Shown here piece after piece: positions 52,894-64,000 of a stretch of 64,000 bases of DNA (position 1 is its first letter; every line of letters begins with the position of its first letter). Made by a program: the position numbers and the translations under genes. Source of the DNA: Antedon mediterranea (taxonomy: Eukaryota > Animalia > Echinodermata). A model generated the notes under the pieces. The model saw only the letters and a program-made list of their open reading frames with translations, searched no databases and was not told where the DNA came from. The stretch spans positions 558,001 to 622,000 of the forward strand of contig NC_092671.1 in the NCBI RefSeq assembly GCF_964355755.1. Reading direction: 5' to 3'.

Positions 52894-55527
52894 TTACCAG
52901 CTGTAAATTTCAGACCTTCTACGGTTTTCTTCCGCCAAAAGAAATAGATCTCTAAAAGATGGAGCTTGGAAGCATTCACACGAACATGGTAATGCAATCC
53001 ATTCGATCTTTAATACTGGAAGTAGACGATTGAATGTTGCATGGTGTTCACAGTTCTTGACGATCAAAGCTCGTCTCCAACAATACTTTTGAATGCAGCT
53101 TCCAACCCCTCGGTTACACCGTGCATTACTGTAAAAGAAGACATTACTGTAAAAGAAGACATTACTGTTTTCAGCATTCACGTTTTGTAACTCTCAATAC
53201 GAGATTTGTTTTAAATTTAAAAACAAATATCCCTTAGTAGAAGACACATTTGCTACAGTGTATAGTTGTTGAAAAAAACTCTTTCCTAACACATTTATTT
53301 CATGATTTGAAAGGACTTACCGACAAACGGTGATCCTTGGTTTTTGTAAAAGATTCATAGCAGGATTCGGATTATGAGATTGAAAGAGCCGAACCTTTTG
53401 TCCATATTGGTTAAATGCAGAGTCAATAGGTCTCATTCTTGTTCTACCAGGACACATTTCACCAGGGACATATCCGGGAACAAAGATACCAGCATTTCCT
53501 CCATTTCCACCGTTACCACCATCTCCACCTGCACCACCATCCATACACGGCGCTCCTTGTGCACCGGGTCCCCCAGCCCCTCCCGCTCCTCCGTCACCAC
53601 CACTGCCACCAAATCCGCCGAATCCTCCATTACCACCAGTTCCTCCCGTTCCTCCGCTTCCACCAGGAGCCGCCCCAGCACCTCCACTACCCCCGTTACC
53701 ACCACTTCCTAAAGAAAACATTCACATATTATTTTCTATTGTCGTAATATTTGTGGCAAATGATCCTGATTACATCATTTTATGATTGCTATATTTTAAT
53801 ATAATAATCATATGTGGTTTTACCTCCGTCTCCAAATACTCCAGCGTTTCCTCCATTACCACCGTTTCCACCCGTTCCACCTGTATCGCCTACTCTGAAC
53901 GCGGGGCCTGCATTACCCCCATTACCACCGTTACCGCCATTCATTGTATCAATCACATACTGCTCTGGCCTAAAGTAAATAAATAATACATTTAGAAAAA
54001 AAACTATTGGATTTGAAATCGATTCAATATTGCGACCTTTATCTCTAACATTGTAGTATTAATTAGAATTGGAGAGTGATTGATTTGGAAAAAAAAGTAT
54101 AATTTTACGTCACCGTTGCTAAACTTCAGTTGTTTTTAAAAGAAGAAAATAAGTAGTTCTTTCCAAAGACCTTTTTAACCAACAAGACAATGGTGTAATT
54201 AAAAGCAAGCATACGGTGTTCAATGATGAACCAAGTTGATATCGAGGCGTACGTAACTCAACGACTCTTGACAACATACGTGAATAGAAGTACTCAACGT
54301 TTTAAGTTTCGTTTTAAGTTTATCAAGTTTACTATCTTTTTTTTGTAATATCATCAGTATCAATAGTATTACTTGTCTTCGTTTTTATTGAACGATTAAA
54401 AAGGCACATTGCATAATAAGAAAGTCCGTCCTACATGAATGTGTGTCCCCACCACCACAAATTGAGGCATTATATACACGCACGTGTGGCTTGTGCAACA
54501 CACACAACGGTAACATTTTAACTACTGTATTAATCGAACTATTTATGTTAACCAATCAAATAAATTTTATAACTTACGATATAGTATCTGGGCTTTCAAA
54601 CGGTTCGTCTTCGTACAGACATCCATACCTTTCTTTAACATCTTGTATAAATTCTGCAGTTAATGATGTACGTCTAGATAAAACAAAACACGTACTTAAT
54701 TAATAATATCGGTAATAACACCTTTAATTTTATGCCGGACATAAATTATAATAATGACGAATACATATGACATAGAAATAGCCTGTAGATAAACTTTATT
54801 CGTCAAAAATTGAATTTTTTTTTTTTAAATTGTCTTCCTTGGCAAGATAGGATATGAAATATATTTAAAATACGATACAAAAATATAAACATTGCAACAT
54901 TTAAAATTCCGAATTAAAAGTTCTCTTAAATTTTGAATTAAAAGTTCTCTTAAATTTTGAATTAAAAGTTCTCTTAAATTTTGAATTAAAAGTTCTCTTA
55001 AATTTTGAATTAAAATTGTGTATTGGGTTTGGAATACAAATGATTAATGTTGTATGTTACCTATAATGTGTACTTATGAAACAAAACCAAAATGATATAA
55101 TACCAATAATAGCAACAACAACCAAGCAATACCAATCCCTTACCCTATACATAAAAGCAATGATTCAAACGTTGGGTTTCGTGGAGGCAAGTAACTGTAG
55201 TATGGGTCTGGGCCGACGGCTGCACCATTTACTTGAATACATAATATACATGTCAAGAAAGCCGACAAAATCTAATTTTAAAATCAGTAAAACAATATAC
55301 AATTAGCCTAAAAGTTTCAAATATATTTCATATTTACTTCAGCTTCCGCTATAATCCATATAGCAATAACATGTGATACTCGCGTGTATTATTTCGAGTA
55401 AACTTCGAGTTAAGCTAAATTTTATTCACAAGTTGAACTTAAAACTATAAAGCAGTTATACTTATCCAATAAATGAAAAAAATAAAACATTTATAATAAA
55501 ATAAAAATAATTTACCGTTTTAAACAT
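52894..55527 (-). CDS. Secreted Gly-rich Spaetzle-like cystine-knot protein, about 334 aa (paralogue B)
   Basis: Exons 55527-55516 (MFKT), 55271-55144 (ILSAFLTCILCIQVNG, signal peptide), 54673-54578, 53969-53824, 53708-53321 (GGx repeats, then CPGRTRMRPIDSAFNQYG...QKPRITVC) and 53128-52894 (CNRGVGSCIQKYCWRRA...EWIALPCSCEC). Phases are consistent and intron phases match paralogue A. Confidence 0.87.
54911..55015. repeat. Tandem repeat, 24 bp, about 4 copies
   Basis: Unit GAATTAAAAGTTCTCTTAAATTTT. Confidence 0.95.
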
Positions 55528-55796
55528 CGTAGATGGTTTATATTGCAGCAATGTTGTTTTCTAGAGTCGATCGTCAAGGAGACTGTTCAAAATGTACTTA
55601 GATATTTGCAGACAAACTTATTGTAAATATGAATTTGCATTACTTTCAATGAAGACTTATTATGATTTACTTGAAACGCACTTAACCTTGTCAGTAATCT
55701 TCTAACATCTGCTCAAATACCGAATCAAGCAATACGCATTATTATTTTTGATTGGTTGACAATTTGGGATTATTACAAGCATCTAGCCTACATTAT

Positions 55797-56200
55797 ACAT
55801 TTACATAAAGGTAAAGTTCGGTAAATTGCGTGTAACTTTTAGAATTTTTACTCGATGGTATATAAAGATCGGTACTGATTTTAACCACCTAATGTAACCC
55901 TGTTTACTAATTAATTTGAGTTAGATAATTAGTTATTGACAATTAAAACGAACTTAGGTTAAACAATTTTCCGCGAATTGGGGTGTTTTCCGAATATGTT
56001 ACACACACCGTCCGTGGTTGTTGACGCTGAAACATACCCGCACACAATAATACGAGGATACATCGCTGAAGTCTATCTGCGTTTACAGTCATTGTTTTTA
56101 ATTGCTGAATGTCGATTACAAGAACGTAATGGTAAACTATTTAAGTCATAGAAAATCATGTTTTACTTTGTAAAATGGAAAATGGAACGTTCCAACCTCT
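55797..56200. mobile_element. Dispersed repeat, inverted diverged copy of 26610-27070
   Basis: Reverse-complement similarity over about 400 bp, judged by eye. Confidence 0.7.
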
Positions 56201-56420
56201 CTTCCAATTGTCCATCAGACGTAATACATCAGTGCCCAACAAACCAGCACTCATGACAGATCCGGTTTTATTTTATTTATTCAGTGAATGCAGTTAGTTA
56301 ACAAATGTTCAACCGTTTCAGGAATTTAAACGCCGCAATCGATAAATAAAGATTTCTGTGTTGTTTTTTTTAAACCCTAACCATGCAGCATAGATAATTT
56401 GCATTTTGTGCCACACCAAA

Positions 56421-56866
56421 AGGCAATGAACTGTGTAGTTGTCTGGCTATAGCTGCCTATTTTTCTGCTGTAACCAGTCTCACATTAGCAGCAGTAGTAG
56501 AGAAGGGAACAATAGGCAATGAACTGTGTTGTCTGGCTAGCTGCCTATTTTTCTGCTGTAACCAGTCTCACATTAGCAGCAGTAGTAGAGAAGGGAACAA
56601 TAGGCAATGAACTGTGTTGTCTGGCTAGCTGCCTATTTTTCTGCTGTAACCAGTCTCACATTAGCAGCAGTAGTAGAGAAGGGAACAATAGGCAATGAAC
56701 TGTGTTGTCTGGCTAGCTGCCTATTTTTCTGCTGTAACCAGTCTCACATTAGCAGCAGTAGTAGAGAAGGGAACAATAGGCAATGAACTGTGTTGTCTGG
56801 CTAGCTGCCTATGTTTCTGCTGTAACCAGTCTCACAATAGCAGCAGTAGTAGAGAAGGGAACAATA
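56421..56866. repeat. Tandem repeat, 88 bp, 5 copies
   Basis: AGGCAATGAACTGTG...GAGAAGGGAACAAT starting at 56421, 56514, 56602, 56690 and 56778. Confidence 0.97.
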
Positions 56867-57312
56867 GTAATGCTGCAATGTGAAAAGTAAAGGAAAATTT
56901 TCGAAAAATGACCAAATTTCGACCTTTTTATTTTTTGATATAAATTGTTAATATGACACTATAAGATGATGATAATGCAATAGGCCTATATGTGCATATA
57001 TGGCAATATTATTGCATAATAATTGAATTTTAAAAACTGCTGTCTTTATAGTATGTCCTATGATTAGGGCTGTATTTAAAAAACCGTAAAGTATCAGACA
57101 ATACACAAGATCAACAAAGGAAACACAAATATTCCTAAATTGAGATTTATTTACATTTGGAAAAATACAGTTTTACTAGTTAATACAAATTGCATTTACT
57201 TAATTCACATCAAAATAAATCACTTCATTCGACAATCAAAACTTTTGGTTTATTTGGAATGAACAGTTAGATTTTCTTTCAGTTTGTGATATATAGTATT
57301 TATTTTCATATG

Positions 57313-57706
57313 TATATATATAAATCCAACTGAAAAAAAAATGACAATGCTGTGGGTATCAGTGGCTGGATCTCAATGGAGATACAAAAATAAAAAGCGA
57401 AAAGCTAAATCAAAACGATAAAGTAAACAGCCAGAAAAGTTAGCAGAGCTTTCGGGCAACACTAGCCCTTCATCAGTGCAAGTGAAGGAATTTATATATC
57501 GTTAATGACGTCAATGACGTTATCCAAATTCCTTCACTTGCACTGATGAAGTGTTGCCCGAAAGCTTTGCTAACTTTTCTGGCTGTTTTACTTATCGTTT
57601 TGATTTAGCTTTTCGCTTTTTTTTGTATCTGCATTGAGATCCAGCCACTGATACCCACAGCATTGTCATTTTTTCAGTAATTTGCCTTTGGATTTATATC
57701 TATATA
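57313..57706. mobile_element. Inverted pair of Penelope-like element terminal repeats (arms of about 180 bp)
   Basis: 57329-57492 is a near reverse complement of 57526-57678, and each arm contains a hammerhead-like core. Confidence 0.75.
57441..57482 (-). ncRNA. Minimal type I hammerhead ribozyme (Penelope-associated type)
   Basis: Minus strand UUGCA-CUGAUGA-A-GGGC-UAGUGUU-GCCC-GAA-AGCU-C-UGCUA: intact core, 4-bp stem II, palindromic AGCU stem III and short GCA/UGC stem I. Confidence 0.75.
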
Positions 57707-58634
57707 CTTATTCTGTTTGTGGAATTTTCTTGTTCGCTTTATTATGACTTTCCGAATTAAAGATGAATTTAATTGAATTGCATACTCTGCAGCAAATACA
57801 ACATTTTCAACACTGAAGTTACCTAATGTGGGACGTAATGCAAAATGTATTGAACAATTAATGTATAGTTAGTTTATCAGACACATACACGCCACCTATA
57901 ACGATCCAAAGATCTTGCATTTTATGCACTTAAACAATGCACTGTAGTGAAATTGCAGTTTGTTTACATAAGCTTAATAGGAAAAAATATATATACAAAA
58001 TAGGATAACAATATTTACCATTAGTTAATATTTAAAAGTTTAGAAACGTTTGACGTTCTGTGCGTTGAGAAATTTTACCGAAACAAAGAAAAAAGAAATA
58101 ACTTTCAGCCAAAAAAAAAAAAACAAATCTATGATAGAAAATTTATTTATTTTGAAATGTTTACTGTAACATGAATTTTAAATAATTTATGTACAAAATA
58201 TTTGATTTCATTTTAGTTTTAACGTTTTACACAATACTATAGCAGCTTTTTTTTAAATATAGAAGATAATTTAGTCTATAATTTAAAGATTGATTTAAAT
58301 TACATTAGTATTAATGATAAATAAACAAATAGATCACTATTATCTCTATACATTATCTTAAGTCATTATGAATTACCTTATTTATATTGATTTGCGCTTG
58401 CATTGTTTCAACATTTCACGAAAAATTATAATAATTTTTTTTCTTCTAGATTTTGCTTGGTATCTTTAACAGCTAGTTCCAATTACATTCTTAAAAAATC
58501 ATTTATTTTGGTGTTTGTGTTTTTGTTATGTTGGGAGAATCGCATATTAGATACAGTATATACCATAATGGATATTTGAAAGAGTGATGTTAATAGTAGT
58601 TAAACATAAAGATAAGGTAATATTTGTAGTTGCA

Positions 58635-60158
58635 TTATTGGCCACAACATCCTATTTTACTAGGCAATGTAACATCTCCAACTGGGGGTAGGATAGCAAC
58701 TTGTCCGTCTCGTTCTTTGTACTCTTCATATTTCCTAATCTTTAGTTGGTAGAACAACATGCCGATGCCAAAGACGGCGATTAATCCGCCAAAGAATCCC
58801 GCCCAAAGTGCTGCTACAGTCTCTGGCGTGAAACTGCTACCAGTTTGTTCTACATTTGTATCTGCAAGAGAGAATAAGTTCCAACATTACACGAATATTT
58901 TCATTCATTTCATTACATAATCCGTGTACAACAACTTCTAAATGAGTGAATTGATGGATTGAAGTACCCGGGAATAAGAAGATATCTTTTAAAATCTTCC
59001 TGGAATAATAGGACATAATTTGTTTTATTCGCCAATTTGTATTCCTATCGTGTTTATTTTTCTTTATCTTTTATACTGGACGAATAGTTAGAAACCTAAA
59101 AGCAAGAGCGGTATTTGTTGGATGGTGTGTTGTACTAGTAGTAGCTAGTGTGATAGTGTTATGGCGGAGTAGTAGTTTGAGGTAGTACAGTAGTAAACAA
59201 ATATGTAATCAATAGCATTACAAGTGATAGTAAACTAGTAGCATTGTTGTTACATATTAACTAGTGTCTGGCCATGAAATAACAGTGATTTATAAATAGA
59301 AATATTTGGAATTATGCCAACATATTACATAGAATACGTACAATGGAATTAAATCAACGTAGGCGTTTTGAGTTACTCGAGTATTGTAGTTGGTACCAAC
59401 AAATCTATCTCGTGCCATATGCTATACTGTTTTAAACCTGCTTTAAGCAGGAGGAAATTCCCTAATGTTTAATCAAATATGTATAATCATATTTTGGAAT
59501 AATGCCAAGAAATGGCGGTAACTTGAAACGCGAAATCATTTCCAGGATTTAATATCACAAGACGTAGTAGGCCTAAATGGATTAACAGAAAAGGATAGCG
59601 TCTTTCAAGCCATGCTTTGCAATGCATGCATTTGAAAGTGCTAGTGTATGTTACCCGAATGCTCTGCAAAATTCCTATCTGGGCGTTTTTATCGATTTGA
59701 TTAGATTTTTTTAAATTTTAGTTCTTTTCACCATTGAGAATCAAGCCACTGATACCAACAACATTAAATAATTTGCCTTTTGATGAATTGGCAGGATTAA
59801 AAGTAGATTATATGAGTCCTTAGGCCTATATGAACATTTTTGCCAATCTCTGCAATAGGGCTACACAACCTGTCGATATGTCTAGGCCTACATAGGCTAC
59901 AAATTTCTGTGCGAGGCTGTGAGCTAAAATTAAGTTTTGTTTTCGTTTTTCACAGACATTGTACATGTGTACCATAATTATTCACACAACCTGCGTGAGT
60001 GATAGGTTTAGCATTCAATAGAAGCAATAACCGTGTCTTTTATTAAATCAAGTAGAGTAGGCATAGTGGTTCCCATGCTTACCTTTGTCAGTCGTGTTGT
60101 TGGCTTCCACTAATAGTAACGTCCAACAGACGTATATGGTTCCCAGTAATGTTTTCAT
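58635..60158 (-). CDS. Uncharacterised small type I membrane protein, about 100 aa
   Basis: Exons 60158-60083 (MKTLLGTIYVCWTLLLVEANNTTDK) and 58861-58635 (DTNVEQTGSSFTPETVAALWAGFFGGLIAVFGIGMLFYQLKIRK...KIGCCGQ*), phase 1 junction. Signal peptide, N-glycosylation sequon, TM helix and basic stop-transfer residues. Confidence 0.75.
59620..59785 (+). mobile_element. Degenerate third copy of the Penelope-like terminal repeat
   Basis: GCTAGTG..TGTTACCCGAATGCTCTGC...CATTGAGAATCAAGCCACTGATACC...AATTTGCCTTT aligns by eye with 57545-57695; the ribozyme core has decayed. Confidence 0.55.
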
Positions 60159-63100
60159 TGGTTTAATTACCCTCCTGTCAAGACAGAACATAACATACAA
60201 TACAAGACATTAGTTTACACAGTCAAGGTATATGTAATAATATAACATTATTACCAATATAACAATGGTCTTTCTACAACAAGTAAATAATCATAAAACT
60301 CTCTTTTGTTCAAGTTACTTTTCTTTTACAAAAAGTGAACTTTTACCTAACAAATCAACTGTTAACGTTTAACAATGATTTAGTTTTAATAGTGTTCATG
60401 CCGGTTGAATAGTATCAGTCTTTTTAGAAGAGTTAATTCTCGTATTATGCCCAGTCGTTTTATTCTTTTACAATTAGTCACACAGTAACCACTCCGTATT
60501 ACTGTAACATTTCAAACTTTGTGTGGTCAACTATTATTATTACTTATTATTACAGTTTATACTGTGTTAGAAAAGCTGGGACTTTTATTGTACATGAGGC
60601 TACTGGCAGTATTCAAAATGTAAGTATTATGTCTGTGACAGTGTAGCAGTCGTAACAGTTAAAAGCATGTATCCGTCTAAAGTATCAAGATACAATTACT
60701 GTACAAATAATAATTAGCGGGACAGCACCATTTATATACTTCTTTATCTATATTGAAAAAATGTATTGCCTATAGCAAATGTAATCTTATTTTTACAATT
60801 ATTACCAACTCGGACTGGATTAATTGTATTCTTTTTTATAAACGCATTCCAATAACAATACGTCATCCAAAGTCAATAATGTTGTGGATGGTATGCTTGA
60901 CGTATTGATTATTTAAATTGTATTTCAACAAAAACACAGAAAATCATTAGGAATACAGATATTTACGCCCTATTATGATGAGGCAATGAATTATTCTTAT
61001 GTTTTTATATTAATATTAGAATTTCGGAAAAACCCAAGCGTCAGCTCAGTTATAAAGTGAACTTGATGAAATATATAATTCCTTCCCTTAATAATTACTT
61101 AATAACCTAATCTCACAATACAGTAACCAAAAGATTATATCAATACTTTAACTGGTTTACATCAAAACATCAAAGTTCTACAGTTATTAATGGTTTCTAA
61201 TGAATATTTTAATTGGAAGCACTGGAATAGCAAGAAAGATCAATTAATAGACTACATTACTATGTCCAAGAATAAGAAGAATGTTAAGTACACTAATAGG
61301 CCTATCTCTATTCGTTCTGGGTTACTCACACTTTAGTTGTATTGTTATATAATTAGTAGTAGTAAGGTTTAAAGATGTGCAGAACTTGATTACAACCAAA
61401 ATCAGCGGAAACTATCCACAGGTGTAAGGCATGGTAGACAACGTTACGATTTTAAAACGTGATATTTTGATTACATCTATAGGTGGCGCAAGTCATGTAC
61501 TCATAATTTAAATAAACACATTCACCAGTATTTGTATAACTGAGCATGCGCTTTAAAATAAGTAGTTCAGTTTTCAATAACAAAATTAATCTAGCATACT
61601 TTTGATGGTATAAGACCGTACGTTTGCAACATGTTCAAAGCAGGGAGTTGTAAAACAACTCCCTGTTCAAAGTCTGTGGTTTTAGTTACTTTTCCAATAC
61701 GATAAACTACTAGGCTTACAAATTAACTTCTGTTTCCCGTTTATGATCTCAGTAAATTTAATCGTTTCTATCATCCCAACGTCACATAAATCTCTCCGCT
61801 TATGTTACTTTATACTTTGCATATATCACAGAAAAATATATTCCGTTTATTTCTTATTATATAAACTGGATGAACTGTTTTAACTACATTAGGCCTACAG
61901 TACCCTATATAACTTTATGCACAAAGACGGTGGGCTACTGTACTTAATGCAAGGCGATTGTCATACTTTGACATTTGTAGGCCTACTCAATCAAATCAAA
62001 TTAAAATAACATCTTACTACCAGCAATTATATGATACTAAATAATGAAAAGCCATTTGTCCATTATCATGGTAAAATCGCGTTTTAGAACTTAAGTTTAA
62101 AACGCGATAATATCGTGTCGTAAAAAAAAACCAGTTTTGAGAAAATGAAAAACACTTTTGCTGTTTTATTTTATCCTATAGCCCCAATTAAGTAACTTTT
62201 AAACGCAATACCAATCGTGCAGACTTTTCGTGAAATTTAAAATACCTCAATAAAAGCCCCTATCATATGGACACAGTCAATTATAGAAATCCCCTATAAT
62301 GGATAATAACGCCCGTATTTTGGAAAGATTTCACCAACCCCACTCGAAATTTACGATACAGGAGTACAGTTGTAGATCCAACACTTAATCAAGGCATATC
62401 ACCAAAACTACTATGGTAAACCGATACCGTCTTAATACTGGTACACCCTTAACATTAATAAAGTTTCCTGTGTAGAATCAGCTGATAACCAGAACATAAA
62501 ATAAACTTACTGGTATAAAGACACTGGTATAAAGACAATGGGATAGGAGCGACGGCATCACCAAGAGTAATTGTTCTATAAAATATCATTATCCAGTTTG
62601 TAGATACTGTATTATGTAAAGTTCTTTATTATTTATTTATTTATTTCAACTATATTTATGATGGTGGTCCATCCAGCCGAAGCTAATCATTACTCTAGGA
62701 CATTTTTTTATTCCAATTCAACAATACAGTAAATAAGTAAAATTTCATGAAACAGGGTAACCACAAGTGTTACCACAAAAAAACGAAAATAAAGGAATAT
62801 TAGAAGGGATTTGAATTAAAATTTAAATGAAATTAATTGGACATTTAAAATGAAATCGTAAAGGAAATATAAAGGAAGAATATAGTTTAGTCAGATGTAT
62901 TGGTCCTTCGGAAATTCATGTCGGAATTGAAACAATAAAATTAGAGCACAACCAATATACACTGTACAGGATAAACATAAAAGTAACAACCAATACCGTA
63001 TACATATTTAGCGCACGAATAGAGTGCGTATTTATAACAAATAAAAAGATATAGGCCTAAAAATCTTTTTTTCTTCAGAAAATGTGTTTGATAGATTTGT

Positions 63101-64000
63101 GCATATTAGATAGCGAGAGTGATTCATTAACATGCCTTGATTATTGATTTGTGTAAATATGGCTAATTCAACGGATTAGATGCATAAAGCTTATCATCGA
63201 TAAACGTTGAATATGGTTGAATTGCATTTTTGGCGATTCATTCAACCAGTTACAAAAGGTAGAGACAACGGTTTGGATTAATTCTTCTCATATTGCTGAT
63301 AAAAATAATATTTTATGTCATTTGTACGTGAAACGTTGATTGATTTCAATGACATTTCTTCTGATAGTTTGCTAATAAAATACAATACTGTGTCAGTTTA
63401 TGCAAAACAGACGAGCAAAAAGTAATTTATGTGGGTAGGATGTTTGTAGTAGCATGGTTCGTAGTTGTTCACTGCCAGTCGACAGCTAGAGGAGATACTG
63501 ACAACCTGTTATATTCAGAGGCCTAGATTTACGAAATGTTAGCTAAGAAATGAAACATTTCTTTTACAAGAACAGCAGACATTGAGTCACGTTTTAACAA
63601 TCATTGATTCAAGAGAAAATGCAAGTATTATTCGTTTCTTCAGGTTAGAGTAAAAGAAATTCAACTCTTTCTTGTTTTTAGTTTCAAAATTTAGGCCCTA
63701 CCTTATTATCAAATCTGAACTACGTCATTGCACAATAGTAGGCCTAATGTCGACTTCGATATTAATTTATGATACCTGAATAGATCGAGAAACTTGTGAA
63801 ATTGTTGTATCTGTATTCGTGATATTCATGACAGGCCAAAACATTAGCTCATGAGTTCTAATAATCCCAGGGTACCTGGGTCATGTCATGTCAAGTTGAT
63901 CTCACAACGAACATTTACATATCATTTATGATTTACACGTTGGTCTTGTTACGGTTTGTTCTGCTTTCCATTGTATAATAATTTTATTCGTTTATTTTCT

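Noticed and set aside
53374-53747. Plus-strand His-rich and Thr/Ser-rich ORFs
   Set aside because: Antisense shadows of the Gly-rich exon of paralogue B.
55061-55152. Alternative hydrophobic first exon for paralogue B (MYRVRDWYCLVVVAIIG...)
   Set aside because: Phase-compatible, but the 55271-55144 exon has a stronger donor, a typical signal peptide and homology (E.L..CI) to paralogue A.
62385-62575. Two possible small minus-strand exons (62575-62511 and ending near 62467)
   Set aside because: Splice-like signals exist, but the translation has no recognisable motif and I found no upstream exons.

Overview
This is AT-rich, intron-rich eukaryotic DNA from an invertebrate animal; the gene and repeat types fit an echinoderm, which is an inference. 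I assembled eight spliced protein-coding genes by hand, checking GT/AG sites and exon phases. (1) The 5' part of an LRP2/megalin-like LDL-receptor gene (minus, 27 exons, running off the left edge). (2) A CHST11-like carbohydrate sulfotransferase. (3) A membrane protein with an IgGFc-binding-protein N-terminal domain plus (PN)n and (PGMGM)n repeats. (4) An orphan Lys/Ser/Gly-rich protein. (5) An MGST2-like MAPEG gene. (6, 7) Two tandem paralogues encoding secreted Spaetzle/neurotrophin-type cystine-knot proteins. (8) A 100-aa orphan single-pass membrane protein. The most notable result is the Spaetzle-like pair. They share exon structure and an unrecognised N-terminal Cys motif, but one carries a complete C-type lectin domain on a symmetrical phase 1-1 exon, giving a lectin and a cystine-knot ligand in one chain. 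Non-coding highlights are an inverted pair of Penelope-like repeats with a minimal hammerhead ribozyme, a 1.8-kb foldback transposon with an 8-bp TSD, a TTA/TAA-TSD MITE family, SINE/LINE/HINE fragments and several minisatellites, two of which duplicate splice acceptors. No database searches were run; family calls come from motif recognition.
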